Source: Hypanus sabinus
Lineage: Eukaryota
NCBI RefSeq assembly: GCF_030144855.1
Contig: NC_082717.1
Location: 106,764,001-106,828,000 of the forward strand
Direction of reading: 5' to 3'
Length of the DNA stretch: 64,000 bases
Each line of letters begins with the position of its first letter. Within the stretch, counting starts at the first letter, position 1. Below the pieces are notes generated by a model. That model was given only the letters and a program-made list of their open reading frames with translations, did no database searches and was not told the origin of the DNA. Shown in pieces: positions 37,620 to 51,624 of this stretch. A program made the translations under genes and the position numbers.

Positions 37620-40100
37620 CAGAGGGATAGGAAGGTAGGCAGAGGTGTGGTTCTGGCTGGTAAAGAATGACATCAAATCATTTGAAAGATGTGGCATAGG
37701 ATTTGAATTAAGAAAATAAGGGTGAAAGGACCCTGATGGCAGGGTCCATACTGCAGCTGGAATGTGGACTACAGATTACTGTGGGAAATAGAATAGGCAT
37801 GTCAAAAGGGCAATGTTATGACAGTCATGTCAGATTTGAACATGCAGATAGATTGAGAAAATCAGGTTGGTAATGAATATCAAGAGAGTGAATTTGTTGA
37901 ATAGCTACGAGATAGCTTTGTAGAGCAGTTTATCATTGAGGCTACTAGGGGATCAGCTGTGCTGGATTGGCTATTATGTAATAAACCAGAGGGCATTTAG
38001 GGCATTTAAGGTAAATGAACCCTTAGGAGATAGTGATCCTGATTGCATTCAACTTGAAATTTGAAAGGGAGAAAGTAAAGTCTGACATAGTAGTATTTCA
38101 CTGGAGTAAAGGGAATTATAGTGGCATGAGAGAGGAGTTGGCCAAAGTAAATTGGAAGGAGATGCTGGCAGGGATGACAGAAGAACAGCAATGGCTTGAG
38201 TTTCTGGGGAAACAATGAGGAAGGGGCAGGATAGATGTATCCCAAAACAAAGAAATGCTCAAATGGTAAGATAGTATAACCATGGCTGACAAGGGAAGTC
38301 AAAGGTAATATAAAAGCAAAATAGAGTACATACAACAAAGCAAAAATTAGCAGGAAGATAGAGGATTGGGAAGTTTTTGAAAATCTACAGAGAGTAACTA
38401 AAAGAATCAACGGGGGGAGGGAAATGAAATATGAAAGCAAGCCAGCAAACAATATCAACGTGGATTAAAAAAAAAGCTTTTCAAGTATATTATAAACAAT
38501 TAACAGAGATGAGAGTGGATACTATTACAAGGGAGAAGGAGCTCCAAAAACTGAAAGACCTAAAGGTACACAAGTCACCCAGATCAGATGGATTGTACCC
38601 TAGGGTTCTGAAAGAAATGACAGTAGAGATTGTGGAGGCATTATTAATGATCTTTCAAAAGTCATTGGACTCTGGCATGGCTCCAGAGGACTGGAAAATT
38701 GCAAATGTCACTCCACTCTTTAAGAAAGGAGGGAGGCAGCAGAAAGGAAATTATAGACCAGTTAGCCTGACCTCAGTAGTTAGGAAGATGTTGGAGTTGA
38801 TTGTTAAGGATGAGGCTATAGAGTACTTGGTGACACAGGACAAGATAGAATAAAGTCAGCATGGTTTCCTAAAGGGAAAACCATGCCTAACGAAGCTGTC
38901 AGACTTCTTTCAGGAGATTACAAGTAGGAGGGATAAAGCGGATGCAGTGGATGTTGTATATTTGGATTTTCAGAAGGTCGTTGACAAGGTGCCACACATA
39001 AGAATGCTTACCAAATTAAGAGCACAAAATATTACAGGAAAGTTACCAACATTGGTAGGAGGCAATGAGTAGGAATAAATGGATTCTTCTCTGAATGGCT
39101 GCCAGTGACCAGTGGTGTTCGGCAGGGGATGGTGTTGGGAACACTTTTTATGCTGTATATCAATGATTTAGGCAGCTTTGTTGCCAAGTTTGCAGGTGAC
39201 AAAGATTGGTGGAGGGGCAGGTAGTGTTGAGGAAAGAGGAAGGCTTCAGAAGGACTTAGACAGATTAGGAGAATGGGCAAGAAAGTGCCAGATGAAATAT
39301 AATGTTGGAAAATCCATGGTCAGGCACATTAGTATTCAAAATAAATGTGCAGACTATTATCTAAATGGGGAGAAAATCCAACAATTCAAGATGCAAAGGG
39401 ATTTGGGAGTTCTTGTGCAGAAAGCCCTAAAGGTTAAGTTACAGGTTGAGGCAGTGGTGAGGAAGGCAAATGTAATGTTAGAGTTCATTTCAGGAGGTCT
39501 AGAATACAAAAGCAGGGACGTGATGCTGAAGCTGTATAAGTCACCAGTGAGACCTCACCTTGAGTATTGTGAACAGTTTGAGCTCCTCATCTAGGAAAAG
39601 ATGTGCTGGCATTGAAGAGGGTTCAGAGGAGGTTCACAAGGATGATTCTAGGAATCAAAGGGTTGTCATATGAAGAATGTTCAATGGCTCTGGGCCTGTA
39701 CTCACTGGAATTCAGAAGGATGAAGGGGGATCTCATTGAAACTTTGAATGTTGAAAGACAGTAGATGTGGTAAGGATGTTTCCCATAGCAGGGGAGTCCA
39801 GGACAAGAAGGCACAGCCTCAGGATAGAGAGGCATCAATTTGAAACAGAGATACAGAGAAATTTGTTTAGCCAGAGGGTAGTGAATTTGTGGGATTTGTT
39901 ACCACAGGCAGTTGTGGAGGCCAGGTCATAGCATGAATTTAAAACTGAGATCAATAGGTTCTTGATTGGCCACTGAATCAAAGGTTATGGAGAGAAGACC
40001 AGGCAATGCGGCTGCGGAGGGAGAAAAAAAGGATTAGCCATGTTTAAACGGTGGATTAGACAAGAAAGGGCAAATGGCCTGATTCTGCTCTGTCTAATCC
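37620..40100 (+). mobile_element. Old degenerate CR1 ORF2
   Basis: Fragments 38033-38218, 38431-38853 and 39178-39594 with GNYRPVSLTS. Confidence 0.8.
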
Positions 40101-41465
40101 TCTAATATTTCACACAGAAGGAATTGTGGAGAAAGCTGTAGAGGTAGATATATTTACAAAATATAAAATGCATCTGGATATGTACATGGATAGGAAAGAT
40201 CTGGAGTGCAGTGGTCCAATTGAAGGCAATTGGGTGTACTTGAGTTTGGCAAATTGGTCAGCATGGATGAGTTGGGCCAAACCACTTAAAAACAGAAAAA
40301 AAAGAGAGTAACTAGAATCCAGGAACAAATGCATCATCAACATCAAAGTCGAGAACAGCAAGTCCACAGCCACACTGATCAATACTGGCAACATGAATCC
40401 CAAGACTCCTTCACTTTCCTCTGAAATCAACAAGAGAGAGGAGAAGACCAGTCAAACACAGGCAAATGCCACCAAACACCTGCCCGTTCTCTGCTCTCAT
40501 CTTTGTCAGCTCCAACCTTGCTCGATGACTCAATAAGAGGAACAATGGAGTTGCTCATGGGCTCCAAGGCTTCCAGGCCTCTAGGCCACACACCCTATTT
40601 CAGAGACAGCAGAGAGCCAAATCACTCAATTGGCCCAAAAATACACCACCAAAATGTAAATCACGTTCCAATCACACATGGCTTCGTAGTAGAATCATAT
40701 TTGAAAGTGGTAGTAAAGGAAGGAGTTTTGTGAACTGTCATCTGGACGTTGCTGTTGATTGTGTTGTTTGCTGGTGACATGTTGGAGCAGCAATCAGGTT
40801 TGGTGTGACCAGAACAGGATACAATACACCAGTTTTGTGTTATTTGTGAATTTGGAACCCAGCACCTATCCTGCCATCTACCACTGGTCACAGATATCCC
40901 GTCTCAGAATCCACAGTCCACCATCACGCTTAGTGTCACAAGTCTGTCTGTTAATATGGTAACTATGTTGTTATTGTTTCAGTTGTACATGATGTTGGTG
41001 AGGCCACAACTAGAGTACTGGGTACAGTGTTATAGGAAAGACACCATTTACATGGGGAGAGTGCAAATGAGGATTTATGGGAATATTGCCAGAAAAACAG
41101 AGACTGAATTATAGGGCCAGATTGGAGAAGCAAGGACTTTATTCCATGGAGCATAGGAGAATAACTAGTGACCTTATTGAGCTGTATTAGATCATAAGTG
41201 GCACAGTAGGTGTTCTGGCATTTTTTTCCAGGGTAAGGGGTTGAAAAACTAAAGAGAATAGGTTAAGGTGAGAGGGGAAAGATTTAAATGGGATCTCAGT
41301 GACAGCCTACTGAAAGAGATGGTGGTGGGTACATGGAACAAGCTGTCAAAGGAATTGTTGAGGTTGACTCAATAACACTTAAGCAATATTTGGAAGCGTA
41401 CATAGAAGTACAGCGATGGGTTTGGGGGCCAAATGTAGGCAAATGGAACTGTCGAGATGGATAGT

Positions 41466-43424
41466 GGTAGTTCAGAAAAGGAGGGATGTCTACAATAGAT
41501 ATAAGCAGCATGGAGTAAAGGAATTGCTCAAGGAATATAAAGAATATAAAAGGAATCTTAAGAAAGAGATTAGAAAAGCTAAAAGAAGATACGAGGTTGG
41601 TTTGCCAAATAGGGTGAAGGTGAATCCGAAAGGTTTCTACAGTTATACTAAAAGCAAGGGGATAGTGAGGGATAAAATTGGCCCCTTAGAGAATCAGGGG
41701 GGTCAGCTATGTGTGGAGCCGAGGAAGATGGGAGAGTTTTTGAACGATTTCTTCTCTTCGGTATTCACTAAGGAGAAGGATATTGAATTGTGTAAGGTGT
41801 GGGAAACAAGTAAGGAAGTTATGGAACCTATGACAATTAAAGAGGTGGAAGTACTGGTGCTTTTAAGAAATTTAAAAGTAGATAAATCTCCGGGTTATGA
41901 CAGGATATTCCCCAGGACCTTGAGGGAAGTTTGTGTAGAAATAGCAGGAGCTCTGACGGAGATCTTTAAGATGTCATTAGAAACAGGGATTGTGCCGGAG
42001 GATTGGCGTATTGCTCATGTGGTTCCATTGTTTAAAAAGGGTTCTAGAAGTAAGCCTAGCAATTACAGACCTGTCAGTTTGACATCAGTGGTGGGTAAAT
42101 TAATGGAAAGTATTCTTAGAGATAGTATTAATAATTATCTGGATAGACAGGATCTGATTAGGAGTAGCCAGCATGGATTTGTGCGTGGAAGGTCATGTTT
42201 GCCAAACCTTATTGAATTTTTTGAAGAAGTTACGAGGAATGTTGACGAGGGTAAGGCAGTGGATGTAGTCTATATGGACTTCAGCAAAGCCTTTGACAAA
42301 GTTCCACATGGAAGGTTAGTTAAGAAGGTTCAGTCATTAGGTATTAATGCTGGAGTAATAAAATGGATTCAACAGTGGCTAGATGGGAGATGCCAGAGAG
42401 TAGTGGTGGATAATTGTTTATCGGGATGGAGGCCGGTGACTAGCGGGGTGCCTCAGGGATCTGTTTTGGCCCCAATGTTGTTTGTAATATACATAAATGA
42501 TCTGGATGATAGGCTGGTAAATTGGATTAGTAAGTATGCCAATGATACTAAGGTAGGAGATATTGTGGATAATGAGGTGGGTTTTCAAAGCTTGCAGGGA
42601 GATTTATGCCGGTTAGAAGAATGGGCTGAACGTTGGCAGATGGAGTTTAATGCTGAGAAGTGTGAGGTTCTACATTTTGGCAGGAATAATCCAAATAGAA
42701 CATACAGGGTAAATGGTAGGGCATTGAGGAATGCAGTGGAACAGAGAGATCTAGGAATAACAGTGCATAGTTCCCTGAAGGTGGAGTCTCATGTAGATAG
42801 GGTGGTGAAGAAGGCTTTTGGAATGCTGGCCTTTATAAATCAAAGCATTGAGTACAGAAGTTGGGATGTAATGCTAAAATTGTACAAGGCATTGGTAAGG
42901 CCAAATTTGGAATATTGTGTACAGTTCTGATCACCGAATTATAGGAAAGATATCAATAAATTAGAGAGAGTGCAGAGACGATTTACTAGGATGTTACCTG
43001 GGTTTCAGCACTTAAGTTACAGAGAAAGGTTGAACAAGTTAGGTCTCTTTTCATTGGAGCATAGAAGGTTGTGGGGCGATTTGATTGAGGTATTTAAAAT
43101 TTTGAGAGAGATAGATAGAGTTGACGTGAATAGGCTGTTTCCATTGAGAGTAGGGGAGATTCAAACGAGAGGACATGATTTGAGAGTTAGGGGGCAAAAG
43201 TTTAAGGGAAATATGAGGGGGTATTTCTTTACTCAGAGAGTGATAGCTGTGTGGAATGAGCTTCCTGTAGAAGTAGTAGAGGCCAGTTCAGTTGTGTCAT
43301 TTAAGGTAAAATTGGATAGGTATATGGACAGGAAAGGAGTGGAGGATTATGGGCTGAGTGTTTGGCACAGACTAAGAGGGCCGAGATGGCCTGTTTCCGT
43401 GCTGTGATTGTTATATGGTTATAT
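41466..43424 (+). mobile_element. CR1 LINE (same family as 5899-8728); unit-2-specific
   Basis: ORF 41416-42930 with YADD changed to YAND and a premature stop; empty site at about 1041. Confidence 0.93.
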
Positions 43425-45724
43425 GATATCTTGGTCAGCACAAGTAGGATAGGTAATGACCACCCCCTTCCAAGCACTATGTATTGACTAATAACTACAC
43501 ATGCACATTGATCTGTTGTCCCACTCTCTCCAAATCCAAGCTAAACTGACCTCCCCATGCATTTTTTTTAAATTTAATAGATATGTAGGGTACAGACTCA
43601 GCAGGTACGAAGGATCTCAACAGTTCTCATCGAGGATTCACTAACGGTTAACTTGCAGGTTGAGTCGTTGTTCAGGAAAGCAAATGGAATGTTAGAATTC
43701 ATTTCGAGAGGTGTAGAATATAAAAGCAAAGGTGCAATGTCAAGACTTTACTAGGCATTGGTCAGACAGTACTTGAAGAAATGTGAGCAGTTTTGGGCTA
43801 CTTATCTAAGAAAGGATATGCTGGCACAGCCTCAGAACAGAGGAACAACCATTCAGAACAGAGATGAGAAAGAATTTCTGCAGCTAGAGGGTGGTGAATC
43901 TGGAATTCATTGCGACAGGTGCCCGTGGAGGTCAAGTCCAGACCACAATGCCCCTCTCTTCAATGAGTACAGCTGAGAACTATACAATTCAGTCCACACC
44001 CTCTGGTACTACGCACAAATTAACACTTTGATCCCTAACGCTGGGTGTGTACAGGCCTGTGTGCTCACTGCACAGTCTGGAGAGTTTTATAAGTCTGTGT
44101 TCTTATGGTGAAGGACAGTGTTGGAAAGTTCATTGTCCTTGTGGAACATTGCTGAGTGTTTCTGGAGAGTGCAGTGTGGTGTGTTTTCACTGATTCCTGT
44201 CATTTCTCTATTGGGAGGTAGAGGTCACACAGTGCAGTATCAGCTACCTGTCACTTTGTAAAAGCTAAGTGTGTCCCACTGGTACATTTCTGTGGGCTTC
44301 CAAGTATTTGTGGGACATAAATGAGAAAATGCTGGAAATAATCACCTGATGGAGAGAGGTAGTGAGTCTCAGATGGGAACCACACTCAGAAGAACAGAAG
44401 ATGGCAGGAGCAGGAGTCACCCACCTGACCCCTCACCCCTGCCCCAGCATGCACTGTGACCCTGGCTGATCTGTCCTAGGCCTCACCTCCACTTTTGTGC
44501 CAGTTCCACATCCCTGATAATTCCAAAATGTATTTCCTGCCTCATTAAATCCGTCCAGTGTTTCGGCCTCCATACCATCTAGGATAAAGAATTCCAAATG
44601 TTCCCCATCTTCCATGACATGTTCCTGCACATCTGCTTGAAATAACTAATCCCTGACCTCGTAACTCCAGAAACGTCCCAACATCTCTCCTGTCAACACT
44701 CCCAAGGACCTTGTGTAATTTAAGGAAGGTCTCCCCTCACTTTTCTAAACCCTAAGGAGCTTGTATCTGATTTCTTGATGTGACCTCAACAACTCCCTGT
44801 ACATCTATATCAATACTTCCCTATTTCTGATCTCCAACCCCCCCATAATAAAGACCAGTGTACCATTTTCCTCTCACTTGCCAAGATTAAATTTCATCTA
44901 CCATTCCTCTGTCCAAATGATGAATATCAAGCTGTGTCTAACGCAATCCTCCTCACTCTCCACACCTCCACAGATTTTCATGTCACCAGTAAACTTGCTG
45001 ATCACATCACCTACTTTTGGTACTAATCTCCACAACCCTCTGCCTCCCATAAACCAAGCTGATTTTAGATCCAGTTTGCCACACCTTGGGCTTCAGTATT
45101 TAGTACCAGGCTCCCATACCTGCAATGTTAAAGTCATCACTGAAGTCTATATAACCAATATAAACAACTCTGCCCTCATTAACAAACTTATTTTCCACTT
45201 TTCTATATTTCCTGTGTGGGCTCCCAGAGACAGTGAACACCACAGCTGAACACTCAAGACTAGAATAAATGGCTAGACCAGTGTGGCGAGTACTGGCCTG
45301 TAGTGAAAACATATTAGTGACACCCTCCAGAGGAGGAAATCTACCATCCTTTCTGGCCTCAGTGTGACTCCTGATGCACAACCGGTTCTTTGACCCTTCT
45401 CTGCTCTCTGAAATGGGTTAGCAAGTCACTCTAGAATTTGGGATTCTAGGGATTTGGGGATATTGGTGTCCCTGCTGGCGATGCCATCACGCTGGGAAAG
45501 AATAAAACCATTCCAGGAATGTCTGGCACAAAGTGAGGCCATTCAGCCCGCACAGGGAAATACTGACTGTTCAGACCCGTCCCTTCTGTTGGCTCACAGT
45601 TTTGTACATTCAAATGTCCAGTGCATGGATTAGCATTTGATCAGTTTCACACTCCAGTTGTAAATATCTCAATCAGATCTGAGATCTGCAGCCTCTGTTG
45701 CAAGAAAAGCAATTATTCTCAACG

Positions 45725-46843
45725 TCAGCAAGGCATTTGATAAGGTACCCCATGCAAGGCTTATTGAGAAAGTAAGGAGGCATGAGATCCGAGGGGACAT
45801 TGCTTGGTGGATCCAGAACTGGCTTGCCCACAGAAAGCAAAGAGTAATTGTAGACAAGTCATATTCTGCATGGAGGTCGGTCACCAGTGGTGTGCCTCAG
45901 GGATCTGTCTGGGACTCTTATCCTTTGTGATTTTTATAAATTACCTGGATGAGGAAGTGGAGGGATGGGTTAGTAAGTTTCCTGATGACACAAAGGTTGG
46001 AGGTGTTTTGGATAGTGTGGAGGGCTGTCAGAGATTACAGCGGGACACTAATAGGATGCAAAACTGGACTGAGAAGTGGCAGATGGAGTTCAACCCAGAT
46101 AAGTCTGAAGTGGTTCATTTTGGTAGGTCATATATGATGGCAGAATATAGTATTAATGGTAAGACTCTAGGCAGTGTCGAGGAGCTGAGGGATCTTGGGG
46201 TCTGAGTCCATAGGATACTCAAAGCAGATGCGCAGGTTGGCTCTGTGGATAAGAAGGCATAATTTAGAAACTGAGAAGTAATGTTGCAGTTATATATGAC
46301 CCTGGTCAGACCCCACTCAGAGTACTGTGCTCAGTTCTGGTTGCCTCACTACAGGAAGGATGCAGAAGCCATAGAAAGGGTGCAGAGGAGATTTACAAGG
46401 ATGTTGCCTGGATTGGGGAGCATGCCCTTTCAGAGGAGATTGAGTGAACTTGGCTTTTTCTCCTTGGAGCGATGGAGGATGAGAGGTGACCGGATAGAGG
46501 TGTGTAAGATGATGAGAGGCATTGATCATGTGGATTGTCAGAGGCTTTTTTCCAGGGCTGAAATGGTTGCCACAGGAGGACACAGGTTTAAGGTGCTGGG
46601 GAGTAGGTACAGAGGAGATGTCAGGGGTAAGTTTTTTACTCAGAGTGGCGAGTGTGTGGAATGGGCTGCCGGCAACGGTGGTGGAGGCGGATACGATAGG
46701 GTCTTTTAAGAGAATTTTGGATAGGTACATGGAGCTCAGAGAAATAGAGGGAAGTCTAGTAATTTCTAAGGTAGGAATATGTTCGGTACAATTGTGTGGG
46801 CTGAAGGGCCTGTGTTGTGCTATAGGTTGTCTACGTTTCTATG
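45725..46843 (+). mobile_element. CR1 RT 3' fragment (family of 19346-22161)
   Basis: Near-colinear with 21001-22160. Confidence 0.85.
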
Positions 46844-47105
46844 TCAGCCTCTTGCACTTCCGCCTCCACCGCCCTGCCAGAGTTACCGGGCTCCGGGCAG
46901 GTTGTGATTGGCTGCGGCTAGGCACGATGAATGGGCCCTTAAAATGCCCAAATAAAATATTAGATGAAGGTAATATTTTTCATACTAACCATTGACAACA
47001 TTTGGTTTCCCGAATCCTTCCTTATCATAGGATGGGAGCACTGCCAATTTAATCCAAACTGCGACCCGGTTCCACTTATTTTTGGGACTGAAACTGACGG
47101 AGGAA

Positions 47106-47474
<369 letters not shown>

Positions 47475-48183
47475 AGCTGCTCAGAGCGCTGACTGAACAC
47501 AAAGGCAGCACGAGTGAATCTGAGTACTGCCAGCATTTTGTGTTTTTATTGACTGAACACAAAGGCTCTTTTAACAGCCACTCAATGTCTCACTGAAAGA
47601 GTTGCTCAACAGTGAAATAAAACAAACTATTTATTGGAGAATTCAGTTTGGAAATAACTGTAATTTATGTTGATGACAGCTTGCGGTCCATCTGTCCGGT
47701 TCAATCCCGGGACTGCTCACTCTACCCAATGGCCGAACAGCTGGAATTTAGCCTTCTCTGGATCGGCTTGGTTCGATTTTCAGACATGCAAACAGAACTT
47801 TACATAAAGAGCTTATTCTCGTGAGGCAGAATGTTGCAGTTGCGGGTTAATTGACGTTAGAGTGGTTTATTACTCGCAGTTAAATGTTCCTGTTCTGAAT
47901 CAACTGAGTTTCGGAATAGATGTCACAGAATAACTTCACATCGCAGTCTCGACCCTGACCGGTTTCCGACTCGCCCATAAGCTGATGCGTTTTAAATAAC
48001 AACCTAAACTCCTGGTCTAAATCGCTTTTTCCCTGAAAAAGAAACAGTATTTTTCTGCGCAAGCAAACCGAACTCCCTCCCTTTCCTGAATCGCCTCACT
48101 TTACAGAAAGTTATTATTTTTTAGCTGACGTCACCACTTCCTGGATGAATGAGGAGCTGACAGATGTTGATGCTGGAAATTCA

Positions 48184-48684
48184 ATCAAAACACACAAAAT
48201 GCTGGTGGAATACAGCAGGCCAGGCAGCATCTATAGGGAGAAGCACTGTCGACGTTTCGGGCCGAGACCCTTCGTCAGGACTAACTGAAAGGGAAGATAG
48301 TAAGAGATTTGAAAGTAGGAAGGGGAGGGGAAAATGCGATATGATAGGAGACCGGAGGGGGTGGGGTGAAGCTGAGAGCCGGTAAGGTGATTGGCAAAAG
48401 GGATACAGAGCTGGAGAAGGGAAAGGATCATGGGACAGGAGGCCTAGGGAGAAAGAAAGAGGGAGGGGACCACCAGAGGGAGATGGAAAACAGGTAGAGT
48501 GATGGGCAGGAAGAGAGGAAAAAAGGAGGGAGAATAACTAAATATATCAGGGATGGGATAAGAAGGGGAGGGGCATTAACGGATGTTAATGTTCATGCCA
48601 TCAGGTTGGAGGCTACCCAGTCGGTATATAAGGTGTTGTTCCTCCAACCTGAGTGTGGCTTCATCTTGACAGTAAAGGAGGCCT
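48184..48684 (-). mobile_element. Penelope-like element 3' fragment
   Basis: GIY-YIG C-terminus LRLEEQHLIYRLGSLQPDGMN, then a pyrimidine-rich UTR with a hammerhead motif. Confidence 0.8.
48248..48281 (-). ncRNA. Minimal type-I hammerhead ribozyme motif
   Basis: GUC-CUGACGA-AGGGUCUCGGCCC-GAAACGUC-GAC. Confidence 0.7.
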
Positions 48685-48918
48685 ACTGTATCTCTCTGTA
48701 TTAACCAGGAAGTGGGGCGATTTTCATTTTCGGTAAAAATGGGCAGAAAATTGGTACAACCCAGTAAAGTGCGCAGATGAATGTTTTTTTTTTCTTTTCT
48801 GCAGAGAAAATACACTTTAGACTGAGAGTTTTAAGCCCTTGTCGACGACAGACACCCAGAACGGAAATCCCCGGATCCACCCCAGCCGGTGCTCAGCCCT
48901 TCCACAGACAATCTGAGT

Positions 48919-48934
48919 GGCTCTGAAAAGAGCC
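48919..48934 (-). terminator. Histone 3' stem-loop of H2A (unit 2)
   Basis: GGCTCTTTTCAGAGCC on the minus strand. Confidence 0.95.
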
Positions 48935-48964
48935 TTTGGGTTTCTAAATTGTCGCTTTATCTCT

Positions 48965-49381
<417 letters not shown>

Positions 49382-49399
49382 TTAAATGGTTCGGCATTC

Positions 49400-49560
49400 A
49401 CTCATTTTATAGCTTCTGGAGGATTGCGGAAGGACACTTATGATTGGTGGTGCAATGCTTTCTCCGATTGGTGATGTGGAATCACCCAATCAGCGAACTG
49501 TCTGATTCTTCAATGATCAGGCGGCAGCAAAAGAAGCGCCAAAAATAACTGTCACTCCCC
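49400..49560 (-). promoter_or_regulatory. H2A promoter (unit 2)
   Basis: TATAAAA at 49405-49411; CCAAT boxes; TTTTGGCGC. Confidence 0.8.
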
Positions 49561-49589
49561 AAAAGGACATGAAATTTGGAAAAATTCAG

Positions 49590-49947
49590 CCATTTCCATA
49601 CAGTACTGTACATACTTTACTGTACAGTGAGGGAACAGACTATTTCAACACCTGGTACCATATGGTATGGGCACAGACCACTACAACAGCCAGCTCCATA
49701 CAGTAAGGGCACAGACCATTCAAACAGATGGTATCATTCAGTAAGAGTACTGACCATTACAACAGTTTGGTACTGGCTATAAGTACACACACCTTAACCA
49801 CAGATGGCATCATACAGAAAAGGGACATACTGTGCCTATAAAAAGTATTCACCCCTTGTAAGTTTTCATGTTTTATTATTCTACAACATTGAATCACAGT
49901 CGATTTAATTTGGGTTTTTGACACTGAGCAATAGAAAAAGACACTTG
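49590..49947. repeat. Remnant of the 38-bp minisatellite plus Tc1 end (from 49830)
   Basis: Matches about 12530-12865. Confidence 0.85.
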
Positions 49948-50339
49948 TCCTTGACTATCAGGACAGAGAAATATAAAACTCTCCACACTGTGCTGTAAGC
50001 ACACAGACCTGTACATACCCAACATTGCACTCCACCGTTAAACACCAGTACAAACCGGCACTTCAATGACAGAGAATAACACAACACTGGTACTGGACTG
50101 GGATTCATGGAACTGATCAGATAAGCACAAAGAAACAACATCTCCTGGTGGGAGAGTCGAGAACAAGGGGAAATGGGCTGAAAGTTAGAGTCAGACTGTG
50201 GAAGAGATGTCAGGAGGCATTTTTCCATGGTCAATGAGGTCAGTCCAGTGGGCAGAGCAGACATGGGCCTCATATGGGAGGTTGGCAGGGGATCATGAAC
50301 CTAGTTTCATGCACTATTGAAGCAGATGGTATTAGAGTT

Positions 50340-51400
50340 GACCTGCAGGAGAGAGTGTGACAGAGATGTAGTCACAGAGACACAACATTTCAGAGGAGTG
50401 CAGCAGCCGCAGTAGCCAGGTCTGTGGTACAGTGATTGGCTTTGATGAAATGGCAGAGACAAGGAGAGCTGTAGTGATTGGAGACTCCATAGTGAGGGGG
50501 GTGGACAAGAGATTGTGTGGCTGTGAATGAGATTCTGGTATGGTGTGTAATCTCTGGGATGTCAGGGCAAAGGATGATTCCAATGGGTTACAGAAGAATC
50601 TGCAGAGGAAGGGTGAACTGACAGAGGTTGGGACCAATGACACTGGGTCAAAATGGGTGAGGACCTGCAGAATGATTGTAGGGAATGAGGCAGTAAGTTA
50701 AAGGATTAAAAGTTGGAGCTCAAGATGACCTGTGGATTATTCCCCATGCCATGAGCTGGTGGGGTAGGAATAGGAGGACTGTGTAGATGATGTTGTGACC
50801 AAGAGGCTGGTGCAGGAGGGAAAAGTTCAGGTTCTGAGACCATTAAGATCTCTCCTAGGGCAGAGGTGACATGTACAAGAGGGATGAGTTGCATATGAAC
50901 TGGAGGGAGACCAATATCCAAGTGGGGTGAAATGCTAACACTATTTGGGAGGGTTTAAGTCAGTCTGGCAGTGGAGTGGGGTACAAAGCAGTAGTGTAGC
51001 AGATGAGCAGGTTGAGGCCAATAGAAATTTTAAAGTGATCAAGGTGAGTAGATAAGACAGACAGGGGAAAGGCAGGAAGTGAGGAAAGTCTGATAGAGTG
51101 AAGTGCAATAGTTTTAATGTAAGATGTTAGACAAGTCAGGCAGATGAACTCAGGACATGGATTTGTACATGAGATGCAGATATTCATTACAGAAAACATT
51201 TAAGGAAGGGGAAGGACTGGTAGCTCAATGTTCCAGGGTACAGAGCCACAGTCAGGATGGAGAAGGAAATAAGAGTAGAGGAGGAGTTGTGTTTTTGGTT
51301 GGGGAGAACATCACGATGGTACTTAGAGAGGATATTCCTGTGGGGTTGTCCAGTGAGACTATATGGGAGGAACTTAGACATCAGATGGGACTGACCGCAT
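50340..51400 (+). mobile_element. Old CR1 ORF1 (esterase-like) and start of ORF2
   Basis: RAVVIGDSIVRGVDKRLCG near 50465; a GGGV endonuclease motif near 51280. Confidence 0.7.
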
Positions 51401-51624
51401 TGAGTACCATCTGCCTTCTGAAACACTTGATGCAGAATCACAATGTCATCATCATATTTCCATCATTATAAACTGTCCATCTGGCCCATCAAGCCTGCTC
51501 CGCCAATCAATAAGATCACAGCTGATCTGGCCATGGACTCATCTCCACCTACCTGCCTTTTGCCCATAACCCTTAATTCCCCTGCAATGTAAAAATCTAC
51601 CGAACTGTGTCTTAAATATGTTTA

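Noticed and set aside
48133-48715. 11-bp inverted repeat (ccacttcctgg) around the Penelope-like fragment as MITE ends
   Set aside because: Too short and no TSD seen.
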